From a virus (lineage: Duplodnaviria; Caudoviricetes): 64,000 nucleotides of DNA. Each line of letters starts with the position of its first letter. Positions within the stretch are counted from its first letter, which is position 1. This document shows positions 39,994-49,011 of this stretch, piece after piece. The notes beneath the pieces were generated by a model. That model did no database searches. It saw nothing but the letters and a program-made list of their open reading frames with translations, and was not told the origin of the DNA. Both the position numbers and the translations under genes were made by a program. The DNA lies in the IMG/VR virus record IMGVR_UViG_3300032265_002598, positions 128,001-192,000 of that record. One strand, 5' to 3'.

Positions 39994-40920
39994 TTAGTTC
40001 TTCTTCTTATTTTCTTCGTCAGTTAACTTTTTCCAAGTTTTTGGATCTGGTCTATCCTTGTTACCACGTTTGGCTGGCTTATAATTTTTGCCTTCTCTTT
40101 CTTTCTTTTTGCGAATATTATCCCATAATCCCGTTTTGGAAATTGTGGATGGTTCTGAGGTTTCAGACATTTCTTCTGTTTCATTGTTCTCATTTTCTTG
40201 AGATTCTTCATTAGTTGTGATGGGTGCGCTAAAATGTAAAAATGGAAAATTATGTAAAAATGATGGTTGGATTTTCTTTTTTTTCTTAATAGCTTTATTT
40301 GCTGTAGTATCACTATTTTCAATATCGTCAGAATCCTGAGAAAACATGAGAAAATCATGTATTTGTCGAACATAGTCAGCAACTACAGCGATTTTACCCT
40401 GAAGCCAAGCTTCTGTCAAATTGTCTTTTACGTCCATGTTGTTATTGTCAATAGCATTTAAAATTCCCTGTACATGTACATTGATGGACTTTATGGAAGA
40501 AAGAGACATATCATATAATTCTTGTATTGTTTCTTCATTTTCTACTATAGAAGAATTTTCTTCGTCCTCAAATAAATCTTCTGGTGAAGATGTTATTAAA
40601 TCAAAAACATCATCAGCATTACTTTTGATACCTAATTTTTCTTTACTAGCATCAGGTAATGCTGATACAAATTCTGAGCCTTTTTTCTTACAAAAATTAT
40701 AAAGCTTTCTTAAAAAGGCATCATAAGTCATTTTTCCACTCATTCTCCCATAATTACTAATAGCATCTTTTACATCTGTTGGAGATACGATTGGAAATGA
40801 TTGTGTTTCTGGAAAAAGAAAATCACTATCTTTCAGATCACTTCTTTTTTTGCCGTCATATGTTTTTTGTGAAGCTATTGATTGCTCTATATTTAGTAAT
40901 ATTTTATGAAAACTATTCAT
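39994..40920 (-). CDS. mosaic hypothetical protein (possible internal head protein)
   Basis: Short motifs KRSDLKDSDFLFP...FPI and GLWDNIRKK...KP separated by acidic linkers. Confidence 0.7.
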   Translation of the reverse strand: MNSFHKILLNIEQSIASQKTYDGKKRSDLKDSDFLFPETQSFPIVSPTDVKDAISNYGRMSGKMTYDAFLRKLYNFCKKKGSEFVSALPDASKEKLGIKSNADDVFDLITSSPEDLFEDEENSSIVENEETIQELYDMSLSSIKSINVHVQGILNAIDNNNMDVKDNLTEAWLQGKIAVVADYVRQIHDFLMFSQDSDDIENSDTTANKAIKKKKKIQPSFLHNFPFLHFSAPITTNEESQENENNETEEMSETSEPSTISKTGLWDNIRKKKEREGKNYKPAKRGNKDRPDPKTWKKLTDEENKKKN

Positions 40921-40929
40921 TATTAATCC

Positions 40930-41520
40930 TTATGCTTGAATAGAAAGGAAGTTGTCTAATCCCATTTGTTCAATAAGTTTTAAGAAACCACTATATAGTA
41001 TAATGCCATCTTCGCTGCCTTGAAGTAGAGGTATCATTATATTAGCAGTAATTTCATCACCAACTGCTCTAGCAGCAGAAATAGTTGCTCGTTCAGCTTT
41101 TGATGCCTCTTGGACAGACTCTAGATTATATTTTATCATATCTATCATATCGTGTCTTTTCCATGTCTTTGGTTGAACAATGAGCGGTTGATAGTCTGCA
41201 TCAAAAAATTCTAGTCTCGATAAGTTGATCATAGCATGTTTATGTTCCTGTTTAGCGTCTGCTTTTATCATCTTAGCAAGTTTATTATATCCCCATCTTT
41301 TTAAATGAACAGCTTGTGCGGATAAAGCGGTAGTCTGTTGCCAATGAATATTTAAAGACTTTTTTAGTAGATCTACTACATTATCATTGATATAATTTTG
41401 TGCATCTTTATCGGATAATAATTCTATATGATCTGCCATAATTTTTGCCTTTTCTTTGATGGATAACTTAGATTCTTGTTCTTTTAATAGTTCTGAAATA
41501 CTACAATGATTTTTTGACAT
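40930..41520 (-). CDS. bfr: bacterioferritin/ferritin-like four-helix protein
   Basis: LKRWGYNKLA, QEHKHA, AVGDEITA motifs. Confidence 0.78.
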   Translation of the reverse strand: MSKNHCSISELLKEQESKLSIKEKAKIMADHIELLSDKDAQNYINDNVVDLLKKSLNIHWQQTTALSAQAVHLKRWGYNKLAKMIKADAKQEHKHAMINLSRLEFFDADYQPLIVQPKTWKRHDMIDMIKYNLESVQEASKAERATISAARAVGDEITANIMIPLLQGSEDGIILYSGFLKLIEQMGLDNFLSIQA

Positions 41521-41529
41521 ATTGATTCC

Positions 41530-42087
41530 TTATGTTAAATCTGAGACATTGGTTTTTGACCACATTTTACAAGACCAATATTCTGCTTTCCATTTTGGTC
41601 CAGGATTATCACAGTTATGCCTTGCTCTATAAGACTTCCTTCTTTCTGGATCGTCTCTTTTAATTTCCATATTTGGATCACCGAAGTTTACTTTTACAAC
41701 ATTACCTTTTTCATTTTTAACATACACAGAAAACTTTTTGGGACCACTTGGGGTGCGAAAAGGTTTATTCAATGTTACTTTTTTATTGTTTTTATTATTT
41801 TCTTTAGCTATGATCTGTTCATCATTATCTTCATAGATTATTTCTGGAACAATTTCTTGAGTAAATTCATCCCATTCATTATCATATTCAGCTCTTAGAT
41901 AAGCTAAATTGTCTTGAACATCCTCTAGTAATTGATTTTTAGCATGTTTATCTTTTTTAGTTTGAGATAAACAAATAGCAACTCTTTGCTTGCTATCAGG
42001 ATACTCTTTTTTCATTACCTCACTAGACATACAGCGAGATACAAATTTATCTTTATCTTCATTTTGATGTGGATTAGGAATTGGCAT
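41530..42087 (-). CDS. two-module hypothetical protein (MPIP...FVSRCM module + DUF6321-like module)
   Basis: KVTLNKPFR...KKFSVYVKN...FGDP...RARHNC...YWSCKMW; start at 42087 with RBS AAGGAG. Confidence 0.75.
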   Translation of the reverse strand: MPIPNPHQNEDKDKFVSRCMSSEVMKKEYPDSKQRVAICLSQTKKDKHAKNQLLEDVQDNLAYLRAEYDNEWDEFTQEIVPEIIYEDNDEQIIAKENNKNNKKVTLNKPFRTPSGPKKFSVYVKNEKGNVVKVNFGDPNMEIKRDDPERRKSYRARHNCDNPGPKWKAEYWSCKMWSKTNVSDLT

Positions 42088-42098
42088 AGTATTTCTCC

Positions 42099-43160
42099 TT
42101 ATTTTTCTATACACCTAACTAATTGCTTGGCCGAATTTTCCCAAGTAAAGTTTTGAGCAGTTTGTAGTCCTTCGGGATTGGTGCCAATTTTATTAGTGTA
42201 CACATATTTCATATAATCAATAATTTGATCTTTTTCTTTTTGATCAATTTTAGCCCAATTACCATCTCCATGAAACCATTTTCCATCTTTTGCTAATTCT
42301 TTATCTTTAATATCTACCAAATAAGAATTTTTATCATTACAATATTCTGTATGAGCAGAATAATTTGTTGCAATAACTGGCTTATTCATAGCCATAGTTT
42401 CTAATAATTCTAAATTCCAACCTTCTGCCCTAGATAAATACAGACCACAATCAGCATATGATAGAACTTCTGCTACATTAGTTTGAGTAGGCAGTCTTGG
42501 AAAAACTTTAATTTTATTTTTAAGTTTAGATCTATTTACCATAGATAACCATTCATGTTCTTGCTGTTCGTTTAAAAATGGATTATGAGTTATCATCCAT
42601 AGTTCAACATTATCCTCATTAGAAAATGCTTTATTAAAACACTCTATAACAATATCATGAGATTTACGAATTTCCCATTTACCTACTGTTATAAAGATAA
42701 AATTTTGTGGTCTAGTTGGTATTTCTCTTGGATAAAAAATAGAACCATCTACTCCAAGATGTACAATACCAATATCTTTTTTAATATTATTGTCTAATAG
42801 AATTTGTTTGGCCCATTCACTACTTGCTATTAGTTTATCTGGAAAATTTAGATGATATTTTTCTAAACTATTAAAAGTATCTATTTCAAAAAAGGGATAT
42901 GCTAAATATTGTCCTCTTCCTGGTCTAGTAAGTAAATCAAATTGATGCCATATTTTAAGACAAGAAGTGTCATAATCCATACTGATATTAAGATCAATAG
43001 CATGATTTATTAGAGCTGAATCTAATGGAGACTCTACTTTGGGATTACCTATTGGCGTTAGACAAACTTTATGTTTTTCTTTAGTTAATTCTTTTAACAG
43101 ATTGAACGAAACATTCCCGTAACCTGTAACACCTATTGGGGCATATAAATTAATATTCAT
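42099..43160 (-). CDS. GT4 glycosyltransferase
   Basis: TGYG, GKWEIRKS, SRAEGWNLELLETMAMNKPVIATNYSAH. Confidence 0.88.
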   Translation of the reverse strand: MNINLYAPIGVTGYGNVSFNLLKELTKEKHKVCLTPIGNPKVESPLDSALINHAIDLNISMDYDTSCLKIWHQFDLLTRPGRGQYLAYPFFEIDTFNSLEKYHLNFPDKLIASSEWAKQILLDNNIKKDIGIVHLGVDGSIFYPREIPTRPQNFIFITVGKWEIRKSHDIVIECFNKAFSNEDNVELWMITHNPFLNEQQEHEWLSMVNRSKLKNKIKVFPRLPTQTNVAEVLSYADCGLYLSRAEGWNLELLETMAMNKPVIATNYSAHTEYCNDKNSYLVDIKDKELAKDGKWFHGDGNWAKIDQKEKDQIIDYMKYVYTNKIGTNPEGLQTAQNFTWENSAKQLVRCIEK

Positions 43161-44281
43161 TCGTAAATCCTATTATGTGTATTGTTGACTTGAATAAAAG
43201 TGGTTTTTTTGCCAAAGTCTTTAATCTTAGATGCTCCTATATAAGTACAAGCACTTCTAATTCCTCCAAGAATATCTTGTAAGATAACTTCTGCTTTATC
43301 TTTATATTGAACAGTAACGCATTTACCTTCGCTAGTCCTGTAGTTTGCTACTCCATTATGATATTTATCCATAGCATTTTTAGAACTCATGCCATAGAAC
43401 TTGAGTTTAGTTTTCTTCTTTTCTGTTTCATAACCAGGATTAAATGGTTGCCAAAATTCAGATGTTAAACCAGCTCTTTTGCATAAGAACTCGTATTCCC
43501 ATTCTCCTTCGCACTCATCAGAACCAGCAAACATACTACCTAACATAACAAAATCAGTATTTGCTCCAAACGCTTTGCAAACATCTCCGACTATTTTGCA
43601 TCCACCATCAGAACAAATATGACCACCTAATCCGTGAGCAGCATCAGTACATTCCATTACTGCTGCCAGTTGAGGATAGCCTATTCCTGTTTTAAGTCTT
43701 GTGGTGCAAACAGATCCTGATCCTATTCCTACTTTAACAATATCTACTTTACCATGAAGAATTAGTTCTTCAACCATCTCTGGAGTTACAACATTTCCGG
43801 CCATAATTATGACATCTGGATATAGTCCACGAATATGACTAGTTGTTTTTACAAATTTTTCGCTATAACCATTTGCAACATCAATACAAATATTAGGAAT
43901 TTTCTTTCCAATAGAAAGTAATGAGTTAAAAACTGTTACTAGTTTTTCAATATCTTTTACAGATGTTCCTATAGAATAAAAAACAAGATCTTTATCTATA
44001 TCATTTTCAGCAGAATAAAATTTGACTAGATCTTCTATAGAATAGTGCTTATGTAAGCAAACTATACTTCTAGCTGAACACACTGGATTAGTCATACCAA
44101 ATGTTCCAGTAGTGTCCATATTTGCCACCATAATAGGAACACAAGAAAGTTTCCTTGGAGAGTGAGCAAAATTAAATTCTCTAACTAAACTAACATCAGA
44201 TCGACTACTTAATGAAGATCTTTTGGGCTTGATTAAAACATCATCAAAATCTAGTTTTATCTCATTAATTATTTTTTGCAT
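43157..44281 (-). CDS. guaC: GMP reductase
   Basis: LDFDDVLIKPKRS, ANMDTTG, IDVANGYS, KVGIGSGSVCTTR, SDGGC, GSMFAG, FYGMSS. Confidence 0.95.
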   Translation of the reverse strand: MQKIINEIKLDFDDVLIKPKRSSLSSRSDVSLVREFNFAHSPRKLSCVPIMVANMDTTGTFGMTNPVCSARSIVCLHKHYSIEDLVKFYSAENDIDKDLVFYSIGTSVKDIEKLVTVFNSLLSIGKKIPNICIDVANGYSEKFVKTTSHIRGLYPDVIIMAGNVVTPEMVEELILHGKVDIVKVGIGSGSVCTTRLKTGIGYPQLAAVMECTDAAHGLGGHICSDGGCKIVGDVCKAFGANTDFVMLGSMFAGSDECEGEWEYEFLCKRAGLTSEFWQPFNPGYETEKKKTKLKFYGMSSKNAMDKYHNGVANYRTSEGKCVTVQYKDKAEVILQDILGGIRSACTYIGASKIKDFGKKTTFIQVNNTHNRIYE

Positions 44282-44696
44282 TATCCAACTCTATTTTAGG
44301 TTTGTCATTAAAATATTTATTTCCATAATCTACGAATATTTCATCTTTTGCTTGAATATCTTTAATAGATACTATATCGGCTATCAGATTACGATAGTCG
44401 AATTTCCATTCAGTATTAGCATTATCTTGATGATTATAAATCATTCCATAGCCTAAGACCATATGAAATATAAATCCATGATTTTTACATTCATTGCATG
44501 GACAGGTTGGTTGAGTATATAGATATCTATAAAGTTGTGGATCAGAATGGTATTTGGATCTAAAAGATAAAGGGACTAGCGGACATCTTTCTATTATCTC
44601 CCCCTCTTTAATATCTCTGGTTGCAAAAACTCCACGACCTTCTATAGCTGAAAGTCCAATCTTAATAGGAAAGTTATTTAAAAATTTTATGCTCAT
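44265..44696 (-). CDS. SET-domain lysine methyltransferase
   Basis: GRGVFATRDI, IYNHQDNAN, EIFVDYG. Confidence 0.9.
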   Translation of the reverse strand: MSIKFLNNFPIKIGLSAIEGRGVFATRDIKEGEIIERCPLVPLSFRSKYHSDPQLYRYLYTQPTCPCNECKNHGFIFHMVLGYGMIYNHQDNANTEWKFDYRNLIADIVSIKDIQAKDEIFVDYGNKYFNDKPKIELDNAKNN

Positions 44697-44697
44697 A

Positions 44698-45168
44698 TTA
44701 TTTAGTAATTTTAGTTTTACCTGTTTTTACGTTATCTGAATCAAAATAAGAATTACCATACCCTACAAAAATTTCTTCTTTAATCTTAATATCAGTAATA
44801 GCAATTACATCCGCAAATAGCTGAGAATAATTGAATTTCCAAACAGCATTAGAGATATCTTGATGGTTATATAACATCCCATAACCTAAAACCATATGTA
44901 AAATAACTCCATGTTTTTCACAGTCTTCACAAGAACATGGAGGCTGGGCATACATATAAGCAAAAATTTTAGGATCTGATTGATAATTTGATCTATAGTC
45001 CATCTGAATCAATGGACATCTTTCAATAATTTCTCCCTTGGCAATTCTGGTAGTAGCAAAAACTCCACGACCATGCACAGATGAATCACCTGCAATAATC
45101 TTATATGGTGGAAGATAATTTAGTTTTGTAGGATCGTCAGGTCTTATAATGTGTTTTGTCATAATCAA
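44698..45168 (-). CDS. SET-domain lysine methyltransferase (tandem paralog)
   Basis: GRGVFATTRI, LYNHQDISN, EIFVGYG. Confidence 0.9.
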   Translation of the reverse strand: MIMTKHIIRPDDPTKLNYLPPYKIIAGDSSVHGRGVFATTRIAKGEIIERCPLIQMDYRSNYQSDPKIFAYMYAQPPCSCEDCEKHGVILHMVLGYGMLYNHQDISNAVWKFNYSQLFADVIAITDIKIKEEIFVGYGNSYFDSDNVKTGKTKITK

Positions 45169-45169
45169 T

Positions 45170-45394
45170 CTAGAGTTTTTTCAAGAATTCATCTGTATCA
45201 TAGCAAGTTGTTTCTTTATTCCAACCAACTTCACTAATACATATTTTAAGAGCCGTACTTAATCCTTTTCCTTTGAATGCTTTTAATGTGTCATTGATAG
45301 CAATAAGATAATCAGGTCTGTCTATTATATATTTCACTTGTCCAGATTTGACATAGTATTTGGGCATGATGAATGTATGGTAAAGAAATACCAT
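45170..45394 (-). CDS. hypothetical protein
   Basis: Small ORF; true start probably MPKYY at 45367. Confidence 0.65.
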   Translation of the reverse strand: MVFLYHTFIMPKYYVKSGQVKYIIDRPDYLIAINDTLKAFKGKGLSTALKICISEVGWNKETTCYDTDEFLKKL

Positions 45395-45903
45395 CTCTTA
45401 TGGGTGTCTATGTTTTCGGATGAATCTATATGAACAAGATATTCTCTAATTTCATCCCATGTAGAAAAAATTGTTTGATGTGGAATAGTGCCGAATAGCC
45501 AATCTGGAGCATATTTCTTGCCTTGTTCCATATGAATTATAATAGGTTTTTTCTGTCTATTGGCCCAAAAGATTTCTTCATATGTTCCACAAGGATGGAT
45601 ATCTAAATTCAAATTAACAATCAAAAAATCACTAATATCAACTAGTCTGAGATCTACTGCTCGTATTGTTTTCATCATAGAAGATAATTCATCATAGCTT
45701 TCTTTTGCTTTAAATTTAGTTTTGATAGCATGAACATCAGAATCTTCTAAACCTATATTAGATGGTTTACTAATAGGATTAAAAACTTCTATTCCTAGAT
45801 TTTGTAAAAATGGAGTTATGCTATCTCTCCATGTAGATCCTCTATCTGCGACTCTATCCATTGCCCCAGCTAAATATACTCTTTGACTGTGTAATCTATT
45901 CAT
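45334..45903 (-). CDS. nucleoside 2-deoxyribosyltransferase-like protein
   Basis: VYLAGAM, VFNP, DLRLVDISD, GTYEEIFWA. Confidence 0.8.
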   Translation of the reverse strand: MNRLHSQRVYLAGAMDRVADRGSTWRDSITPFLQNLGIEVFNPISKPSNIGLEDSDVHAIKTKFKAKESYDELSSMMKTIRAVDLRLVDISDFLIVNLNLDIHPCGTYEEIFWANRQKKPIIIHMEQGKKYAPDWLFGTIPHQTIFSTWDEIREYLVHIDSSENIDTHKRWYFFTIHSSCPNTMSNLDK

Positions 45904-45912
45904 AGTTTTATC

Positions 45913-46620
45913 TTAAAAGTTATTTACTATTTTACCAAAAAAATCACCATTTTGATGTTCTAATATCCATTTGTATAAACCAAAATCTCTGTAATAATAT
46001 GCTGATCTTTCAATACCATTATTATAAATATCTTTTTTCATTGTAAAAATTCTTGAATCATAAAATTTTATATTTCCATAATTTTTAATAGAATTTATTT
46101 GTATATTTTCTGTATTATAAATACTAGATGAACCACATTCCAAATATATTGCTTCAGCTTTATTTACTATTGTCTTAAAATTATTAGTATATTTATCTAT
46201 AATATGACCACCAAAAGCACAAGTATTAGCATGTGGTCCTTTTACTATATGTAATTCATGATCTCCTATAGTATCATTAAGAAAATTATATTTATCATTG
46301 AAAGAATAATCAAAAGTTGTAGTATCTAGTATATACAAATATGATTTATCTATTATAAGACGATGATATCTCCAAGTATACAGAGCATGATATGCAGTAT
46401 AGTCATAATTGTTCATTGCCATACCAACAACTGTAATTTCATCATCAAAATTAAGATCAGTTATTTCTTTAATTTTTTTTATGCGTGGGCTAAAATTTTC
46501 ATATTGAGAAATAACTAAAATAATATCTTTAAATCTTGTAAAATTAACCTTTTTTAAAGATCTAAATAGAAGATTTAAGGCTTTTCTATAAAATAGATTT
46601 GAATTAATTACAAGTTTCAT
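45913..46620 (-). CDS. hypothetical protein (possible glycosyltransferase-like)
   Basis: Likely start MKLVINSN at 46620; YLYILDT motif. Confidence 0.6.
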   Translation of the reverse strand: MKLVINSNLFYRKALNLLFRSLKKVNFTRFKDIILVISQYENFSPRIKKIKEITDLNFDDEITVVGMAMNNYDYTAYHALYTWRYHRLIIDKSYLYILDTTTFDYSFNDKYNFLNDTIGDHELHIVKGPHANTCAFGGHIIDKYTNNFKTIVNKAEAIYLECGSSSIYNTENIQINSIKNYGNIKFYDSRIFTMKKDIYNNGIERSAYYYRDFGLYKWILEHQNGDFFGKIVNNF

Positions 46621-46621
46621 A

Positions 46622-46744
46622 TCAATTAGGAAATAAAAAGTCAAAAAGATTTTTAGAGGAATATTGTTCACTAGAATTATTTAATTTCCTACTTCCATCC
46701 ATCCATCCCAAAACCAAACAAAATAACAATAAAAAAGAATACAT
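46622..46744 (-). CDS. 40-aa small membrane protein (below ORF-track cutoff)
   Basis: MYSFLLLFCLVLGWMDGSRKLNNSSEQYSSKNLFDFLFPN* fills the gap between flanking genes. Confidence 0.6.
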   Translation of the reverse strand: MYSFLLLFCLVLGWMDGSRKLNNSSEQYSSKNLFDFLFPN

Positions 46745-46748
46745 AGTC

Positions 46749-47294
46749 TCACTTTGAATATATGTAAACGGGTAAATCAAACCAAATATCATTAATTAGA
46801 TCAGAAATAAAATTCCAGTTACCTCCAGCCAAACCGCTACCAAACTTTGGCGCATGTATTTCCACTTTAGTTTTTTCTGTTCCATCCTGAGTATTCTTGC
46901 ATACTGTCCTAACCTGATTCATGCAATATACAAGAGCAGCATAGTTTAATGGTCTTTTATTTTGATTATTAATAAGTTTATTCTGTGCTATCATATTTGC
47001 AAAAATAATTTTATGACGATACTTTGAATCTGTCTTAACAGTAATAAACTGAGTATGTCCTAATTTAGCTTGTTGACCAAGCATATGAAAATTAGCCTTT
47101 ACTTCTGGATAAATATGAGCTACTTCACCAGCAAATCCAGCACCAAAAGCATTGCTATTATTACACACATGAGGAACAATAACCGTGCTACCATTAACTC
47201 CAGAAGAAATTCTGGTATTGATAAGCTCAAATATATTTTGATTCTTAACGAAGCTAAAAGTATTAGCTGTATTTTTGTTTATTTGAGTTGGCAT
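46749..47294 (-). CDS. macrodomain protein (ADP-ribose binding/hydrolase)
   Basis: HVCNNSNAFGAGFA and IHAPKFGSGLAGGNW motifs. Confidence 0.85.
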   Translation of the reverse strand: MPTQINKNTANTFSFVKNQNIFELINTRISSGVNGSTVIVPHVCNNSNAFGAGFAGEVAHIYPEVKANFHMLGQQAKLGHTQFITVKTDSKYRHKIIFANMIAQNKLINNQNKRPLNYAALVYCMNQVRTVCKNTQDGTEKTKVEIHAPKFGSGLAGGNWNFISDLINDIWFDLPVYIYSK

Positions 47295-47298
47295 AGTT

Positions 47299-47553
47299 TT
47301 ACCTTTTTATTTTTAACCACTTATTTAGTGGACACTGTTGATCAGCCCATGCCAGCTTATTTAAGAATATCTTTTTCTTACTAAGATTACAACCACAAGC
47401 CAAACATTGACTAGAGGTATTATGAAACATTTCGCAGGTTTGGCAAATTGCAAATCTTTTATCTATTTCCTCTTGGGTAGATTTTGGAAATCCGGCACCT
47501 ATATGAAATAGTAAAGACTTAAGAAATGTTAGGAGTTTTGTCCGTATACTCAT
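47299..47553 (-). CDS. Cys-rich small protein (DUF6171-like)
   Basis: RFAICQTC...CLACGC...CPLNKW. Confidence 0.75.
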   Translation of the reverse strand: MSIRTKLLTFLKSLLFHIGAGFPKSTQEEIDKRFAICQTCEMFHNTSSQCLACGCNLSKKKIFLNKLAWADQQCPLNKWLKIKR

Positions 47554-47782
47554 TCTTATGTTCCTTTAGAGCCAATATATTGCCATCTTTGTCTCTATAA
47601 TATAGGTCCAATGATTCTACTACAGAATCTTCAACTAACCAACTAGCAAAACCTGTTTGAATGTCTATTGACATTTTTTTAGTTTTTTGATCCTTAGTAG
47701 ATTTGAAATCACCAGTAAGAATAAACCTCTTCTTATCTATTAAGAATAAATCTCCGGGTTTTAATTCTTCAAGATATTTCAT
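47519..47782 (-). CDS. hypothetical protein
   Basis: 87-aa coupled ORF. Confidence 0.7.
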   Translation of the reverse strand: MKYLEELKPGDLFLIDKKRFILTGDFKSTKDQKTKKMSIDIQTGFASWLVEDSVVESLDLYYRDKDGNILALKEHKNEYTDKTPNIS

Positions 47783-47957
47783 TTTCCCAATCTTCCCACA
47801 ACTCTTCTACTCTTATATTTTCTTTTTGTTTCTTGAGTTGTTTCTTCATTTTGTTAATATCACGAGAATCATAGGATTCGGCTTTCTTATTCAAAAACCT
47901 ATGTTCTATGTTTTCTCTTCTGGAAGTTTTTCTTTTATCAAAATCTGAATCGCTCAT
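47769..47957 (-). CDS. hypothetical protein
   Basis: 62-aa ORF downstream of a sigma70-like promoter. Confidence 0.7.
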   Translation of the reverse strand: MSDSDFDKRKTSRRENIEHRFLNKKAESYDSRDINKMKKQLKKQKENIRVEELWEDWENEIS

Positions 47958-47975
47958 TGCACACCTTTCGTAGTA

Positions 47976-48003
47976 ATCATACGCCCCATTGGAGACAAGT
48001 CAA
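47976..48003 (-). promoter_or_regulatory. sigma70-like promoter
   Basis: TTGACT-16 nt-TATGAT. Confidence 0.6.
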
Positions 48004-48079
48004 GCTTGAGGCTTAGAATTTTTAAAACTTGACAGACAACGATCATCATATTATATCTTATGCAGAGGGTGATTAATAA

Positions 48080-49009
48080 TTAGAGTACAGGTCTAATGAT
48101 ACCATAGCCCTCATATTTCTTTATTCCTGTATAATTCTGCTGATGCAGTTTCATGGCTTTTTTAGCAAAAACCGCCACATAATCGTCAGATGATTTTAGC
48201 ATATTCTCAAGCATAGCAAATTTAATTTTTTTAGCAAACGATAAAAATAAAGCAGCACAGCCTACCGCAAATGGTGTTGCCATACTAGTTCCAGACATAG
48301 AAGCATAGGTATTCCCAGGTACAGCACTAATAATATCTGCTCCCGGTGCCAAGAAGTCAAGTTCTTCTCCACAGCAACTAAATGAACAAATATTCAATCT
48401 CTCATCTACTGCACCAACGCTAATTGTATTATTATATTTTGCTGGATACTGAATTCCTGATTCTATACCACTGTTTCCTGCTGCACAAAAAATTATTACA
48501 TTTTTGTATTTAGCATATTCTATAGCTTTTTCTATCTGAATAGCAGGATACTCTGAACCAAGAGACATAGTGATTAAATCTGCTTCGTGGTCAGCAGCCC
48601 ACACAATAGCTTCAGCGACATTTTTATTAATACCTGACCCATCGGCCCCAAGTGCTTTAATAGGCATGATCTTGGCTTGCGGAGCGACTCCTACCATGCC
48701 CACTCCATTGTTAACAGCAGCTATCGTACCAGCAACGTGAGTACCGTGACCATTATCATCTTGTGGTGGTTGATCTGGATCAATAAAATTATATCCATCT
48801 ACAATATTATCTTTAATATCTTCATGATTTAAATCGCACCCAGTATCTATTACTGCTACAGTAACACCCTCTCCTTGAGAATGTCTCCATTGTTGAGGAA
48901 TGGAGAATTTATCAATGGGCCAACTATGAAACTGACTAGAACCTACCGACAAACCATAAATATCTTTTCTTGTGTGAGGTAAAAGCTTACATTGTTTCTT
49001 TTTTAACAT
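48080..49009 (-). CDS. subtilisin-like serine protease (S8)
   Basis: VAVIDTG, HGTHVAG, AAGN, SGTSMATP catalytic motifs. Confidence 0.95.
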   Translation of the reverse strand: MLKKKQCKLLPHTRKDIYGLSVGSSQFHSWPIDKFSIPQQWRHSQGEGVTVAVIDTGCDLNHEDIKDNIVDGYNFIDPDQPPQDDNGHGTHVAGTIAAVNNGVGMVGVAPQAKIMPIKALGADGSGINKNVAEAIVWAADHEADLITMSLGSEYPAIQIEKAIEYAKYKNVIIFCAAGNSGIESGIQYPAKYNNTISVGAVDERLNICSFSCCGEELDFLAPGADIISAVPGNTYASMSGTSMATPFAVGCAALFLSFAKKIKFAMLENMLKSSDDYVAVFAKKAMKLHQQNYTGIKKYEGYGIIRPVL

Positions 49010-49011
49010 AA

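Noticed and set aside
48029-48057. Plus-strand TTGACA promoter antisense to the S8 gene
   Set aside because: No good -10 hexamer at 16-18 nt spacing (TATATC) and no plus-strand gene downstream
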